Shown in pieces: positions 1 to 14,204 of a stretch of 64,000 nt of DNA; positions within the stretch are counted from its first letter, which is position 1; the number at the start of each line of letters is the position of its first letter. This DNA is from Octopus bimaculoides. Its lineage: Eukaryota. The notes under the pieces are model-generated. The model did not search any database, was not told where the DNA came from, and saw nothing but the letters and a program-made list of their open reading frames with translations. The DNA lies in NCBI RefSeq assembly GCF_001194135.2, contig NC_068997.1, positions 1,238,777 to 1,302,776 of the forward strand, written 5' to 3'. The position numbers were made by a program, and so were the translations under genes.

Positions 1-1139
1 AATCTAACTCTCTTCTTTTGTGGAGACATAGATCGAGCCTAATACTCAGATGCTATTGGCTGAGACAGTCGCTGATGATATTGAGCGTATCTTTTTGATG
101 TTGCTTATGTGTTTGGGATGACCGAAGGTGTATACCACGTGTCCCTGATATTGCTACGGAGAGCAGTGGCCTCTAGTGGATATTTATTAGCCTTTAATGA
201 CGTTAATGACACGACGTCGCAGAAATTCTATAACTAACGGGATATGTGGTACATTTAGTCATTGTGTTTAACGTAGTCAAAAGAAGATAAAGTAATAGAA
301 AACGGACAAGAAAGAGAGGGGTGGTGCACAAAGATTTTTTAATGTCACCCTTATATAATGCCTTTTAATTCTAGTAACAATGAACATCGCAATTTGCCAT
401 GTCCATTTGTCATGTCCATTCTACTTCAGTCAAGCATTATAATATGATTATGATTTAATCAGTAGATTGCTGGGATTGATACCCAAATCTATTCATTGAT
501 ACTCTATTGATACTCTATTGATACTCTATGCTGCATTACAGTTTCAAATTTAATTCCTTAGTGATTTTGCTTTCATTCATTGCAAGGTTTTTAGACTATA
601 TGTACCATTTATACATTTGGAATTTGAGTAGTTTTAATTGAAACGAATATATCTTTTTTAACAGGCGTAATCACATTTTCTTTTACGAAAGTGGATGTAC
701 AGCCATTGAAACTTTACTAATGCTATAACGGAAATTATCACATCCGGTATCTTCTGAACATAAGACATGATATGAATCAGCATTTGGTTACGTATTCTAT
801 TCTCTCAGTCAGCAGCTCATGTTCTAATAAAAAATCATATTAATTTCCTTAAACTAGAGTACATCTATAAAGTTATATCATAGCTATCAGGATTGTTGAT
901 TGATGTATGTGTTAGATCAAGGAACACAAGTTTCAAAATATAGTTTATCGCTTCTGAAATTAGTACAAACTGATAATAGAATCGCTGGTTACAGACTAGA
1001 AGACTGCTACTTGGCATCGGTCAACAACAGTCCCCTTGTTCTTTTCAGAGATGTCTATATTAAACGTTTCGAGAGATAGATTAGCATCAATCCCCATAAC
1101 CGCAGTAAACTATAACTGTTCTCTAAACATAATTAATTC

Positions 1140-1570
1140 AGACTAAATTCAGTAAAATAAACGACTTTATTCGACACTCGTGCATTACTGGTATTAATAA
1201 ATCCATATATACTACTCTACAGAGGAGTAAAAACGGTATTTAACGATACGTACTAGTTTCAGGAAACATTAAGATCGAAACCAGGAAGTCAGTGTTAAAA
1301 TGTTACGTAGACTACTGAAACGTGGTCAAATAGATGACAAGTCTTTGAAATTTGGACATGGAGATGAGGTTTTGAAAATCCATCGACGAAATACTAACAA
1401 TATCAAAAAAAAATAAGAATGCTTTATTAGACACAATGAAAATATTCTAGACATTAAATTAGAACGAAATGATTTTTTATAGGTAGCTTATGGAAGGAAA
1501 AATTGAAGGAAAGGATAAGAAAAACAAGAATTATGTCGCTGAATGTGAAGTATTGGACGGACTTAAGATA
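1140..1570 (+). mobile_element. RTE-clade LINE 3' remnant
   Basis: Frameshifted GNIKIETRKSVLKCYV, ETWS, FEIWTW and LMEGKIEGK motifs. Confidence 0.65.
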
Positions 1571-2236
1571 GTGAATGAATAAAAACAGCAGAAGAAAAAG
1601 TGAAATGGTGATAAGTGGTTTCGAACATGCAGAGGGTAGAAAATAACTAATAATGTTAAATATGGGGCGGTGGTAGTGCTGAAAAGTAAAAGAAAATACA
1701 GACGGATCAGTTATGATTTTATTTAACATATTCTCCTTTCATATTCACACACCTATTGCAGTGGCCCTTCAGTTTTTCTAAGCCCTGGAAAAGAACACAG
1801 AAGGTTGGGCCTCCTTTCGTGAGACTCTTAAAACCATTTTCAGCACCCTCTTGTAGGTCATTCAATGTGACACAGAACTATTTGGTAGAACAGTATAATT
1901 AAAGAATTACAGTCATATATATACAGAACATCAATTTTAATTCATTATATTGTCACATGGAATAATGTCGTACGAATACTGTTATATAACTCAGAGTACT
2001 AATGCTGAGTAACACGTAGTACTAGATATCCCAGTGTACTAAGAAAGACGCAATGTCTATATATATTAACGGCGAAGTAGAGAGAGAGATATCATCTCAT
2101 GTAATGTCTATTTACTGAAGTGTTTATTGAAGAATGTCGATAAAATGTTCAGAATATTCTTTGCAATGATGACGACAATGCTGTTAAGTGCAACGATGTT
2201 GGCGGCAACGATGATGACGGTGACAATGATGAAAAA

Positions 2237-2282
<46 letters not shown>
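2237..2282. repeat. (GAT)n microsatellite
   Basis: Directly visible. Confidence 0.98.
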
Positions 2283-3109
2283 TTGCTGCTGTGGCGTAAT
2301 AAGAATTTTAAATTACATCATGAATCGATTCTGCTCCAGCAGGAAAACAAAAAGACTGTTTTACTGACATTTTGGTGCAATAGATAGTTTCTTTATTTTT
2401 GTTGTAGTGGAAACTGTGGATCTGTGTCTAAGATCCTGGAGGCAAATACAGAAGCTACTTAATATAATAACTCGTTGCTGCAAGGTGTTTTTGTTCATTG
2501 ATTAACAGATACAATGTAATATTCCCGAATCACATTAATCTAAAAAGGAAAACTGCAAACGAATGACGAAGAAAATGGTTCTCCTCGTCTAATAATGTTA
2601 GAAAGAAGCTAATTAAAGAATACTGAGATTGCAAATGTAATACAAAGTTAAGTCTTAAATTAGATTACATTTGCAACAATAGCCTTCAGTCTTAAACTGA
2701 CATACTACGATAGAATTTTATTTCTCACATAGGTAAATAGATTCTGAAAGAATATTTATATTCCTTTTTGTCTTCTAGCAATAACTTATAGAAGAAAACC
2801 AACCGTGACACCGTTTTTGTTGTATTTCATCAATTATTTGCTTCCTTGTAATTTTTTCAGAAAAGCCAACTCAACTCTCTATCGATGACACATTTTTTCT
2901 GCCATTTTAAATGATTAAAATTTATACTGAGTTTGTTTTAACAGCTTCACTTTATGATGTTCATTCTCATGGTGAGCTGAGAGAGCAGCCCGGTATCCAA
3001 AACGCTCCAGCCGTGACCACTCTGGATTTTTGTATATGTAGGACTACAATGTCCAATGGGAAATTACTTGCATTAATAAATATCTTTTTCAGGAAGAATT
3101 AGCTGTTAT

Positions 3110-3560
3110 TGGATGAATTGGGAGAAGTCATTGTAAAGGTCGTTTACATGGAACGATGTGTAGAAGACGGCATCATTCAAGTTGAGCTTCATCATACGAG
3201 CCACGTACGACCTGCTTCCATCAAAGTCTAACCTTGTGAAATGGGGCAAGAAAGGAAGACCCATGCTGTCCTCTGTGTACAGACAAATCACAGCTAATGG
3301 AGCACGTGCTTAGTTCCTGTAAGGTGGTTCTTGCCAAAGACAGACACATATGCTGGCACAGAAGAGTTAACTCGTTCAGTCAGGAGTCAGATGCAATCTG
3401 GAACTACGAATTCAGCCTTGATGTTTGTAACAGCAGGGAAGGAGAAGTGAACTGGAGTCAAAAAGATGCTCAGGCAAGAAGTTGTGCTCGGATAAAATCT
3501 ATTTGGACAAGAAAGGGAATGGGAAACATTTACAGAAAGTTATAGAATTATCTGGGGCAG
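3110..3560 (+). mobile_element. HERO/NeSL-type RLE non-LTR retrotransposon fragment (post-RT region and CCHC knuckle)
   Basis: WMNWEKSL*RSFTWNDV*KTASFKLSFIIRATYDLLPSKSNLVKWGK (frameshift) EDPCCPLCTDKSQLMEHVLSSCKVVLAKDRHICWHRRV matches the SFLIRxTYDLLP...CPLC...EHVLSSC...WRH signature. Confidence 0.8.
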
Positions 3561-5407
3561 AGAGTTCAAATCGCTACTAATTTAATTATAGAGGGTTCCT
3601 ACAACACACACTCACTCAAACATAAATATGTATACATAAACATATAAGTACATAGACGTCCGAGTAAATATACTTGTAAAATTATAAGTAACTTTCAAAT
3701 GTTAATATAAAGTTGAAGTCTTATGTTTTGTATGATGAGGACATTTCCTTCAGAATGTAGGGATTAACTATGAACGCGAAAACGGGGAAAGTGAGAAATG
3801 ATATATGATTTAAATGGAATATAATCATTATTGAGATAAGGGAACGAATATAATTAAAAAAAAAGATCTTTGGAATCATTAAGCCAATGGAACAAAGTTT
3901 ACCCTATGTAGTAATGTGAGTTCAGTTTCATTAAGAAAGGCTTTTATAAGTGATTCTGTCGGAGATGAATCACAAAGAATTTGTTTATTGACAAGTTAAT
4001 TCTTCGCAGTCCAAGACAGGAAGAAGTGAACTTAGTACTACAAACTACTAAAATATACCTTTCGGTGAGAATGTTGGACTTTAATATCATTCAAAATCAT
4101 CAATCCAAATTTATAGATAGTTCATAGACCCTACTGTCCGTCAACGACACAGTTAAATACCATCACACGTTTAACTAGGTCTAATAATTCTCTTATAAAC
4201 TCTGACAACACAATTATCACAGAGCCAAGAATACAATATCTAAAATTGGCTTCGTTCTCTCTAAATTACTGTTGACCTCATACTAGGTGTAAAATGTTCT
4301 AAGTTGAAATACCGATCTCATTTCAACGATTAGCTCTAATCTCACAGTGTATGACCACACACATGATAAACAAGACTTCACCACACAATACTACCAATTG
4401 TTCATCTATTCTATTATTTCTGTGTTACCCATCGTTGGAACAAGGTTATTCGCATCCGTGATCCTCACTAACACTATACTAGTAACGTAAACGCATTCGT
4501 CCCAGCTGCTTCTCTTTCTCTTGACTTCTGTTCCCTCCTTAATTATCTATTTCTATTCACAATAGTTTGCCACTGTCCCCACCTCAAGAAGAGTTAAATT
4601 CTCGAACTTTCTTCCGGTTTATGCTTCTGTCCAACTAATGATCTACAAACGTTTAAACTATATTATTCTTATCCAAAGTAATGAATTATATTATTCTTAT
4701 ACAATTATTTGTGATCCTCCAATCAACGAGGACGTTGAAAGGCCAAGGCACTGCCGTTCCTCTTTAGAATGTATAACAAATAACTTCTACAACTGTACCT
4801 TTGTGTGTTCTGCATTCATATTCAGTATTTGTATGGCATTCTGTTGTATCAGCTAGTTTCGCCATATTTTATATCCTTTTCATTCCTTTACCTTTCATTG
4901 GAATTGAACTAAATTGGTCCCAGCATAGAAAGACAAAATCAAGCATTGTAAGCATATATTCTAGCGTCGTGTTAACATGAAATGAGGTCATTAAATCATA
5001 AGTTATTAAAAGAAAATTATATTCAACAATATTATACTACTTTGCATTGACAATTCTACCAATTTGTTGGAAAGTATGTAAAGCTAATCGAGTGAAATAT
5101 TGAGTTGAACAGCAATAAATATATAAGTTATTAAACTTTATTTCTATGTTGTTTAGCTCTAAGTCAGATTTGATTGAGCGTACCAATATTAAAACCATTT
5201 CAGTGTGACCCTATATTCCTGTATTAGTGATTACATACTTTAATGTAGTCTTCAATACTAAAGATAGTAAGTTCTGCTTGCTGCATCCAGCAGATCGAGC
5301 GACACCATTCGTGTTCTTATTAAGTACAATGTTTCATTAATATATGTAGATCAGATGAAATTAGACGTTGTGGTGTTCATGCATTTTCTAAAGACTTAGA
5401 AATATCG

Positions 5408-5682
5408 GTTTTAAATTTTAGATACAAAGCCAGCAATTTCGAGGGAATGAGTAAATCGATTTCTTCGACATCAGTGTTCAACAGGTCTGTATTTTATCCA
5501 CCCCGAAACTACGAATTCAGCCTCGATGTTTGTAACTGCAAGGAAGGAGAAGTAGGTTGGATCCAAAAAGATGCTCAGGCAGAAAGTTGTCAACTTCTGC
5601 GGAATTTCAAGTCAGAACATCAAGACTGGTGAAACGTCACTTACCATTTTGTCCAGGGTGCTAACGATTCTGCCAGCTCGCA
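5408..5682 (-). mobile_element. tRNA-derived SINE family A (octopod-type), copy carrying a LINE-derived insert
   Basis: Family consensus has an A-box-like TGGCAGAATCG and a B-box GAGTTCAAATTCC; this copy is interrupted at 5507-5590. Confidence 0.7.
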
Positions 5683-7301
5683 CACTAAAATATTGAAACT
5701 GCTTCCACTGGAAGCTGAAAATACATGATCTCTTTGTCAATGTTACAGAAATATTATTAAGGAAAGGGTTTGAGTGAAGAGAATCTAAAACCATTACATT
5801 TCTTTAGAGTCCCTATGAGATAATGTATTTCCTTATTTAAACGGGATTTGAGCCTAAAATGCGACAGGGAATAACCTAATTCTAAAAGACGCGTTCTTCG
5901 TCTTTTTACCAACCTTTGGCGTCCAACTCTTTTATAACAATATTAATAAATGATGTTATTAAAAGTAATACTGGCTATCACTGGGTAATTTAATGGGATA
6001 TTTGTGATTGAACGACCCTAAACTCCGTGATATTAACAGAAAAAGTATCAATAAAACAGCTGTAAAAATGTCAAGCTGGTATAGAAATAGTTAATAAAAG
6101 AGAGAAAATACAGAAATATATGGAGTGAATATAAATATAAAAAAATAAGCCACTACATTTCTGTCAATAAAACTCTTGACACAACAACGTAAAACACAAT
6201 ATATAATTAGCGCGTGGTAATTGAAAATAGCTATTATATACATATAGTTATGGGAAAAGTAGTTATGTTAGATTTTTAGAAACAGTAAAATCTTCATTGT
6301 CATCTCAATGGAAAGAGAATTTAGATTAGAACATGCATTTTTATTTATTTTATTTTGCTTCTCATTCAACAAAATCTATTGCACCGAAGTTAGAAAATTG
6401 GTAGCAAAGATATTATATAGCATTAAATATCTTTCTATTGTCTGTTTTATTGAAAAACTGCTGTATTTTGTGAGTGAAAAAAAAAAAAAAATAGCAAAAG
6501 ATAATGCAGTTATGTTAGTTTTCAAATTCATATTCATCTTCCAATCACCTAGCGCCATCTTGTCATCTTATTTCAGACTGTCTTGATGACATTTAAAATA
6601 CATATTACATATTCTGAAGAAATATTGAGATTTTTCACTTGTCAAATCTGATGGTATAATATTAGCTGCGACCCCTATAATCTAGTCTAACAGGAAAAAA
6701 AAAAAAAAACCCAAAAGCCCCCAAAACACTAAAACAATGACAACATTGCTGACAATGATGATGATGATGTTGATGACAACGACGACGATGGCGGCAATGA
6801 AGATGACGACGACGATGATGATAATTATGATGGCATGTCGAGATAAGCATTCACGCGGTGTATCTTATTACAAGCAACTCTAGAATTTCACGATTTGTCT
6901 GTCTATTTCAAATAACATCCGTTTTGTGTATTAAACAGGAGACGTTGGCAGAACAATCTTAGTCACATGGTAGCACTTCTGAAAACATTGGCGAATTCCA
7001 CTACCACCATCAACGCTACTAATACCCCAACCATTACCACCATCACCACCAGCAATACCATCACATTAGATACCACGATTATCGCCACCACTATGGCGAA
7101 CACTGCTTCCATCAAAGCCGTCACCATATCGCTGCATTCACCATCATCATCACCGCCATCACAGAGTATCAACACCACCAACAGCACCACAACATCACCA
7201 CATTCACTGCCATCAGAATGCAAGCACCATCAACATCACCACCACAATACCAACACTATGATAACCCTCACGAGCATCAGCACTACCAGAGTGGCTGACG
7301 G

Positions 7302-7590
7302 GTGACCGACACGTGGAAGGTGGGGCACGGGTGACTGACATGTGGAAGAGTGAAGCACGGGTGACTGACATGTGGAAGAGTAAAGCACGGGTGACTGACA
7401 TGTGGAAGAGTGAACCACGGGTGACTGACATGTGGAAGAGTGAANNNNNNNNNNTGACTGACATGTGGAAGAGTGAAGCACGGGTGACTGACATGTGGAA
7501 GAGTGAAGCACGGGTGACTGACATGTGGAAGAGTGAAGCACGGGTGACTGACATGTGGAAGAGTGAAGCACGGGTTACTGATATGTGAGA
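7302..7590. repeat. 30-bp minisatellite, about 9 copies (GTGACTGACATGTGGAAGAGTGAAGCACGG)
   Basis: Near-identical tandem units; 10-N gap inside. Confidence 0.95.
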
Positions 7591-7864
7591 TGTATATGAA
7601 TTGTGAGTCTTTAACAGAAGTTGTTGTCATTGAAGTCGTAAGTTAACGTCAACGGAAGACAAAAATGAAAGAAAAAGTTTTTTAAAGAACTCAACGACCT
7701 CTTTTTTGTGAAAATACGAAAAGTAAGCCTGGCTACGTCGAAGAATTAGCGAACTAGATACTGGGCGAAAAGCATTCTTTTTGTCTCACTCACTCACTCT
7801 CTCTAACTGCCCGTCTGTCTGCCGCTGTCTGCACCATCTCTGAGCCGCTCTGCTTCGCTATTCG

Positions 7865-8060
7865 TCCGCCTCTCTCTCTCTCTCTCTCTGCCTCTCCTGC
7901 CTCTCTGCCTGCCAGCCTGTCTGTCGTNNNNNNNNNNCGCCTCTCTCTCTCTCTCTCTCTGCCTCTCCTGCCTCTCTGCCTGCCAGCCTGTCTGTCGTCC
8001 GCCTCTCTCTTTCTCTTTCTCTGCCTCTCCTGCCTCTCTGCCTGCCAGCCTGTCTGTCGT
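7865..8060. repeat. ~60-bp tandem repeat, 3 copies, built on (CT)n
   Basis: ...CTGCCTCTCCTGCCTCTCTGCCTGCCAGCCTGTCTGTCGT repeated; 10-N gap between copies 1 and 2. Confidence 0.8.
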
Positions 8061-8624
8061 CTGCCTGTCGACCTCTTTACCTTCTTGTTTGCCTCTATGT
8101 CTATCTGTCTGTCCGAGTATTTGCCTCCCTGACTGCTTTTTTGTCTGTCTGACTCTCTGTCTGTTGTCTGTCTTAGTTTATCTGACTCGCAGTCTGACTT
8201 TCTGTCTGGCTCGTAGTCTGTCTGTCTGGCATGCAGTCTGTCTGTTTGTCTGTTTGTCTGTGAGTCTGTGATTCTGTCTGCTTGTGTCTATTAGTTTGCT
8301 TCCCTTCCTGCCTATTTGTTTGTCTTTCTGATTCTCTGTCCGCCTATCTGTCTCTCTGTCTGTCTTCCGCTTTGTCTGTTTGCTTCTTTGCCTGCCTCTT
8401 TGCCTGTCTCTCTGCCTCTGTGTATGTGTGAACTTCCAATTAGATCAATTGAAATACATGGCCAAGCTTTCTTTGGACACGTGACAGGGAAAATGTAATT
8501 CTCAGGCAGTAACAATGAGATACAAGTGTAACAAAGCTGAACCTTTGAATCATCGTCCAGCCGACGGGTCTCCACCCTCTCCGTGTTCCAAATTTTACTC
8601 GTAATGCTCAGGATGACGACGAAG

Positions 8625-8722
8625 TTATAATGAAGACTCTTTATTTAACATATCATGTAGCAGTATCGAACCTGGGATCTTGTGGTTTGTAAAGTGTACT
8701 CTTCATCCACTCAGCCAAGCAT
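8625..8722 (-). mobile_element. tRNA-like SINE head
   Basis: Minus-strand A-box TGGCTGAGTGG (8717-8707) and B-box GGTTCGATACT (8672-8662) at tRNA spacing; no intact cloverleaf. Confidence 0.4.
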
Positions 8723-9471
8723 TCACCCCGACACAAATATTATTAGCGAAGCGCTGAGTGTTTCTTTGAGCGAAGTTCAGTCCTATAGTATTTCTAAGTC
8801 TTTATTGGACAAATGAAATAAACAATCCGGTTGTGCGCTAACTTAATCACTTCGCTACTGCACAGAACTGAACACGATTTTAGAAATAACGTGTTATTGT
8901 CTGAAACTTATGACTATTATTGGGGAAGTGTAAAGCTATTTTCTTAATCTTATGGTATCGAACAAATCGCTAATCCCAAAACACTGGATTTACTACCATT
9001 TCTAAATCGTTCAACCATAATCCGTTCATTCTCATCAAAGCATTAGGTTGTAGATTGAAAATGTTTAACAATAAATGTTATTCCAAGTTTCTGTAATCAC
9101 TTGACGGATTTGTCTTTTGTGCTGCTCCTGTTATTTACATTTCAGCTATTTAACTATCGACATTCATTTCGTAGAGAAATCTTTACTTAGAACCGACATT
9201 TCCCATTAAAATCTTTAATCGACTTGAACTGCAATGGACGAACATTGCATCATTGAACAAGACACTCAGCAGTACTTACTGATATATNNNNNNNNNNNNN
9301 NNNNNNNNNNNNNNNNNNNNNNNNNNNNNNNNNNNNNNNNNNNNNNNNNNNNNNNNNNNNNNNNNNNNNNNNNNNNNNNNNNNNNNNNNNNNNNNNNNNN
9401 NNNNNNNNNNNNNNNNNNNNNNNNNNNNNNNNNNNNNNNTATATATATATATGCATTATATATATATATGC

Positions 9472-9505
<34 letters not shown>

Positions 9506-9542
9506 TATGCATATGTATATATATATGTATATGTGTATATAT

Positions 9543-9598
<56 letters not shown>

Positions 9599-10027
9599 AT
9601 GTAATGAAATCTGTTCTATTGCTTTTTTCCATTATTTCTTCTTATCTCCGCTCTCTCTCTGTCTTTTATTATCACATATAGATTATGGTGCCTGGCCCGC
9701 TTAGGTACTTCACAAAACCTGTCAACTTGTGCAGCATGGAAGTATATTTATTTTCCACAAAATCATTTTGATAGTTACATAATTTTCATGAACAAGATAG
9801 TATATAGTAACTAGCATTACTTTATGACGTAAACAGAACATGTCTTAGTATTATTTTTCCCCCTCTCATAGATAAAACAAGATTTTAAGGAAGAGCCACG
9901 AGATTCTCTGAAACAAAAACACAAGAATCACTAAAACCAATCACAATTGTGCTACCACTATCTATAGTGAAACGGAAAAGCTTTTAACTTCATTCCTTTT
10001 TACCACGCCATATATATATATATATAC

Positions 10028-10114
<87 letters not shown>

Positions 10115-10978
10115 TGTATTACTAAACAACTTTTTTAGGAGAATGCTGGCTGGCTGGAAAACTGTTCTTCAGTTACCAAATCTAATGTAGAATATAATAG
10201 CTTAAATGAAATATGTAATTTTTTTGAATGAAGAAACGCAAGACCTGTGCTCTCCTCAACGTTAAATTATAACCACCCTGCTTGATCTCCTTATCTACCC
10301 GTCAATCAGTCACAACATCTATAGTATGCTTATACAGTCGCTCACTGTCTTCCAAACACGAACATATGCCAGGCACCAAGAAAGTGGTAGTTGCTCCAAA
10401 GTCTATCAGCTACTGTCATCAATATAGAATTAATATGAGATCAATCCTGCAATATGCGTACCGTGTCCAGGCTCCCAACCCCTCCATAACAATTACAATA
10501 AACTTTAAGGGACATAAAATAGGTATCTTGTACACAATTTACACCAATTCTTCTCAAACTTTCTCAGTTATCGGCCCAGTTCTTTTGCTAAAAATTTTTC
10601 GATACCCGTCTTCCACCATTTTAATGTACTTATGCATACTATTTAATTCCGTTTGTCAGAGATGACTACTTACAACTGTACCACCCTAGTATAAACGAAT
10701 GCTATAAGAATAAGTGGCTTATATTCGGTTTTGTTTAATTACTAATTCACATTTCAAACATTATTGATGTCGTTCTTATTATTACAACCGATGTTTGTAT
10801 GATTGTAGATAACAAGGAATTTATCAAACAATTTTACAATAAAATAATTTCTTAAAAGTTAGTATTTAGAGGCAGAGACCAAACAAAACTGTACAGATAC
10901 ATCTATCACCCTCTTGTTGTCCGGTACCCATTATAAAATTTTCCACCTTTCCCTAAGTGGCGGTTCCACCAACTTTGA

Positions 10979-11344
10979 GAGGTGCAGCAGTGGATATAGT
11001 CTAAGAAGTTTGCTTTCTATCTACATGATACCGGGTTCAGTCCCATTGGCCAAGTGTCTTCCACTATAACTTTGGGCGTTGTGAGTGAATTTGGTAGACA
11101 GAAATTGATAAAGATCACAGTGTGTGTGTGTTTATTTTTGCCTATTTGTTCCCCACCACCGCTTAACAATCAGTATTCGTGTGTTTACGTCCTCGTGAAT
11201 TTTGCGGTTCAGCAAAGGTAACTGATAAAATAAGTACCAAGCTTTATAAGAATAAGTACAGGGGGCGATTTGTTCAACTAAATTCTTCAAGGCAGTGCCC
11301 CAGCATGGCCGATGTTTAACTGACACAAGTAACAGATAGAAGAT
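10979..11344 (+). mobile_element. tRNA-derived SINE family B (CORE-like, internal (GT)n)
   Basis: B-box-like GGGTTCAGTCCC, GGCCAAGTGTCTT and the 3' CCCCAGCATGGCC shared with the other copies. Confidence 0.75.
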
Positions 11345-11857
11345 TTATCATTTTGAGACCACAAACAGCTCGCATCTTGTGAACAGCTTGACATCAACGG
11401 AGTTGATATTTGTTTCTGAAATGCTTCACGACCATGTAAAGGGAAATGTTATTAGATCAGAAACTTGTCACTGCAAGGGAACCATGCTAACACTGTGTTC
11501 TAGATCAACGGGTCTCTATTGTCTCAAATCACTTAGCTATTTTAGCTGTACATATTTAAGATTAATAATATAAAGTGGTGAATACTGGTAGGCGCATAAA
11601 AAATCGTTGTGAACGCCATTTAAAACAGGTACCACAATCATCGCCATCATTGCACAGCTCACAATATATACGCATTGTACTCTATCAATGCATCAATATC
11701 AAGATACACCGACAAACGCGCTAGTGGCATTATTGATATCGACCATAATGCTCTTAAATGACAAATAGAAGTTCCTGGTTCGAATCCAGTCTAGGATTAT
11801 ATACACTGTCAAGAATTAGATTCAAGATCAAAACGTAGTTTAACTCAATATGAATAG

Positions 11858-12063
11858 GGATTTCAAATTTTAGCACAAGGCCAGCAATTCTGGGGAGAAT
11901 TACATCAACCCTAGTATTCAACTGGTACTTATTTTATCGACCTCGAAAGGATGCAACGCAAAGTCGACCTCGGCGGAATTTGAACTCAGAACGTAAAGAA
12001 GGACGAAATGCCGCTAGGCATTTTGTTCGGCTCGCTAACGGATCTGCCAGCTATCCGCCGCCT
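11858..12063 (-). mobile_element. SINE family A
   Basis: Near full-length match to the other copies (...GTCGACCTCGGCGGAATTTGAACTCAGAACGTAAAG...). Confidence 0.85.
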
Positions 12064-12606
12064 GAAACACAATATTAGATAATATATACAGCAGTGCTCC
12101 GGCATGACTGAGTGAAACTAAACAAAGAGTAAGAGTATATATCCAAAATGTGAGTTTAATGTCTCATAAATTTATATTATTAACAATTCTTCACAGACAT
12201 TCTGGCATTTCAATATCGTATATAAAAATGAGAACGTATTTTGTGCTTATATATCATGTGGCAAATGGGAATTACATAGAATTAGTGAGGATCTGGTTTA
12301 CTAACTAATCTTGAATATTCATATATGTATGTTGCGCTTTGAATGATATTCTATTTTTTTTAATGGCAAAACTCTGTATTTAGAGATAGTAGAGGAGGCA
12401 CGAAGTAGAGAGAAAAACTGTCGTAAACATGTCGAATGCTGGCCTTGTATTAACCACCCATAAATGTATCAAAACGCACATACATGAATGTATGCGTAAG
12501 TGTGTGTGTGTGTTTGTGTCTGTGTATTTATGTATATTTATGAAAATATGGATTGAGTAATGCATAACTGGGTGACACAATTACACTGAAATACAGTAAA
12601 CAAAGT

Positions 12607-12653
<47 letters not shown>

Positions 12654-13034
12654 NNNNNNNNNNNNNNNNNNNNNNNNNNNNNNNNNNNNNNNNNNNNNNN
12701 NNNNNNNNNNNNNNNNNNNNNNNNNNNNNNNNNNNNNNNNNNNNNNNNNNNNNNNNNNNNNNNNNNNNNNNNNNNNNNNNNNNNNNNNNNNNNNNNNNNN
12801 NNNNNNNNNNNNNNNNNNNNNNNNNNNNNNNNNNNNNNNNNNNNNNNNNNNNNNNNNNNNNNNGTATGTATATATATATATATATATATATGTAATTGTG
12901 TGCTTATGCATACAATTGTGTGTATACACACACTACTGTACTTTGTTATATATATGAATACATGTGTTTGTATATGCATATTTAAATATATCGATTAGTA
13001 TCTCGGTATGTGTGAAGTTTTAAAAGAATAATGA

Positions 13035-13057
13035 TAGTAGTCGTAGTAGTAGTAGTC

Positions 13058-13114
<57 letters not shown>
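13035..13114. repeat. (TAG)n microsatellite
   Basis: Directly visible. Confidence 0.98.
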
Positions 13115-13177
13115 CATGCATAGATATATACATTCACAAACAAAAAAAATATATGCGAAAGCACACACATAAACACA

Positions 13178-13266
13178 CACAATCACACACACATACACAA
13201 TCACGCACACATACACAATCACGCACACATACACAATCACACACGCATACACAATCACACACACAC
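13178..13266. repeat. 18-bp tandem repeat (CACAATCACRCACACATA) about 5 copies
   Basis: Directly visible. Confidence 0.85.
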
Positions 13267-13274
13267 TCATACTC

Positions 13275-13505
13275 AGACCGACCGGATTGTATACGTTTAT
13301 CTCCTCAGAACAGCTTTCTCTACAACATCCAACACTCTTTAATATATCTATACTGTTATCACTAAAATATATTTCCAGTTGCGCTTCTGCTAATCCATTT
13401 TTATGAAAACCCCTCAAACTGGCATCGATTAATGCATTTCTTCGTATCTTTAATGGCACAAACCATTCGCATGTAGCTTGTTCTATGTAGCTATCACACG
13501 AGCCA
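13275..13505 (-). mobile_element. Possible pogo/Tigger (CENP-B HTH) transposase remnant
   Basis: Open frame YIEQATCEWFVPLKIRRNALIDASLRG resembles LE.AL..WF...R..N..I....L. Weak. Confidence 0.3.
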
Positions 13506-13795
13506 ACATTCTATCAGGTGATGTATTAAAGTGACGTCATATTGCCGTGTGCATCATAATGATTTTTTTTCTGCAAAATCATTTACTTTTTTGCTTTATC
13601 TCCTCGCCTTCTACATGTATAAGCGTCAACCATTTTCTGCCTTCATGCGTATGACATCACAAGTCCTTATGTATAATGTGTTCTTGATTTGTGGTTATGC
13701 CTCCCTCGCGCTTTCTCCCTCCTTTTCTCTCACTGTTCATAAATTCATATGAGTGTATTCGTGTACTTGCACGTGTATTTGTGTACGTGCATGTT

Positions 13796-13863
<68 letters not shown>

Positions 13864-13880
13864 TGTATGTATGTATGTAT

Positions 13881-14204
13881 GCGAAGGTACGTGACTTAGC
13901 GGTTAGGGTATTCGGCTGACGATCGTAAAGCCGTATATTCGATTCTCGGCGGTGCGCTGCGTTCTTGAGCAAGGCACTTTATTTGACATTAGCTCAGTCC
14001 ACTCTACTGACAAAAATAAAATGTACCTGTATTTCAAAGCACAAGCCTTGTAACATTCTGTGTCAGGCTGAATCTCCTTGAAAACTACGTTAAGGGTATG
14101 AATATATTTGGTGTGCTCAGCCACTTGCACGTTAATTTCACGGACAGGCTCTTCCGTTGATCTGATCAACTGGAACCCTTGTCGTCGAACCGACAGAGTG
14201 CCAG
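13881..14204 (+). mobile_element. tRNA-derived SINE family C (CORE-like)
   Basis: tRNA-like head GTGACTTAGCGGTTAGGG...TTCGATTC, then CORE-like TTCTTGAGCAAGGCACTTTAT. Confidence 0.65.

Noticed and set aside
488-530. 11-bp tandem ATTGATACTCT, 3 copies
   Set aside because: Ordinary slippage repeat with no further structure.
6967-7305. 112-aa Thr/His-rich ORF resembling a mucin
   Set aside because: Degenerate (ACC/ATC)n low-complexity DNA with no splice signals or domain; a similar tract lies at 40405-40700.
7302-7590. CRISPR-like regular 30-bp repeat
   Set aside because: Units are contiguous with no unique spacers, the context is eukaryotic, and no cas genes are present.
11770-11800. Perfect B-box GGTTCGAATCC (also about 47158-47168)
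   Set aside because: No A-box at the proper spacing and no cloverleaf; not a tRNA gene.
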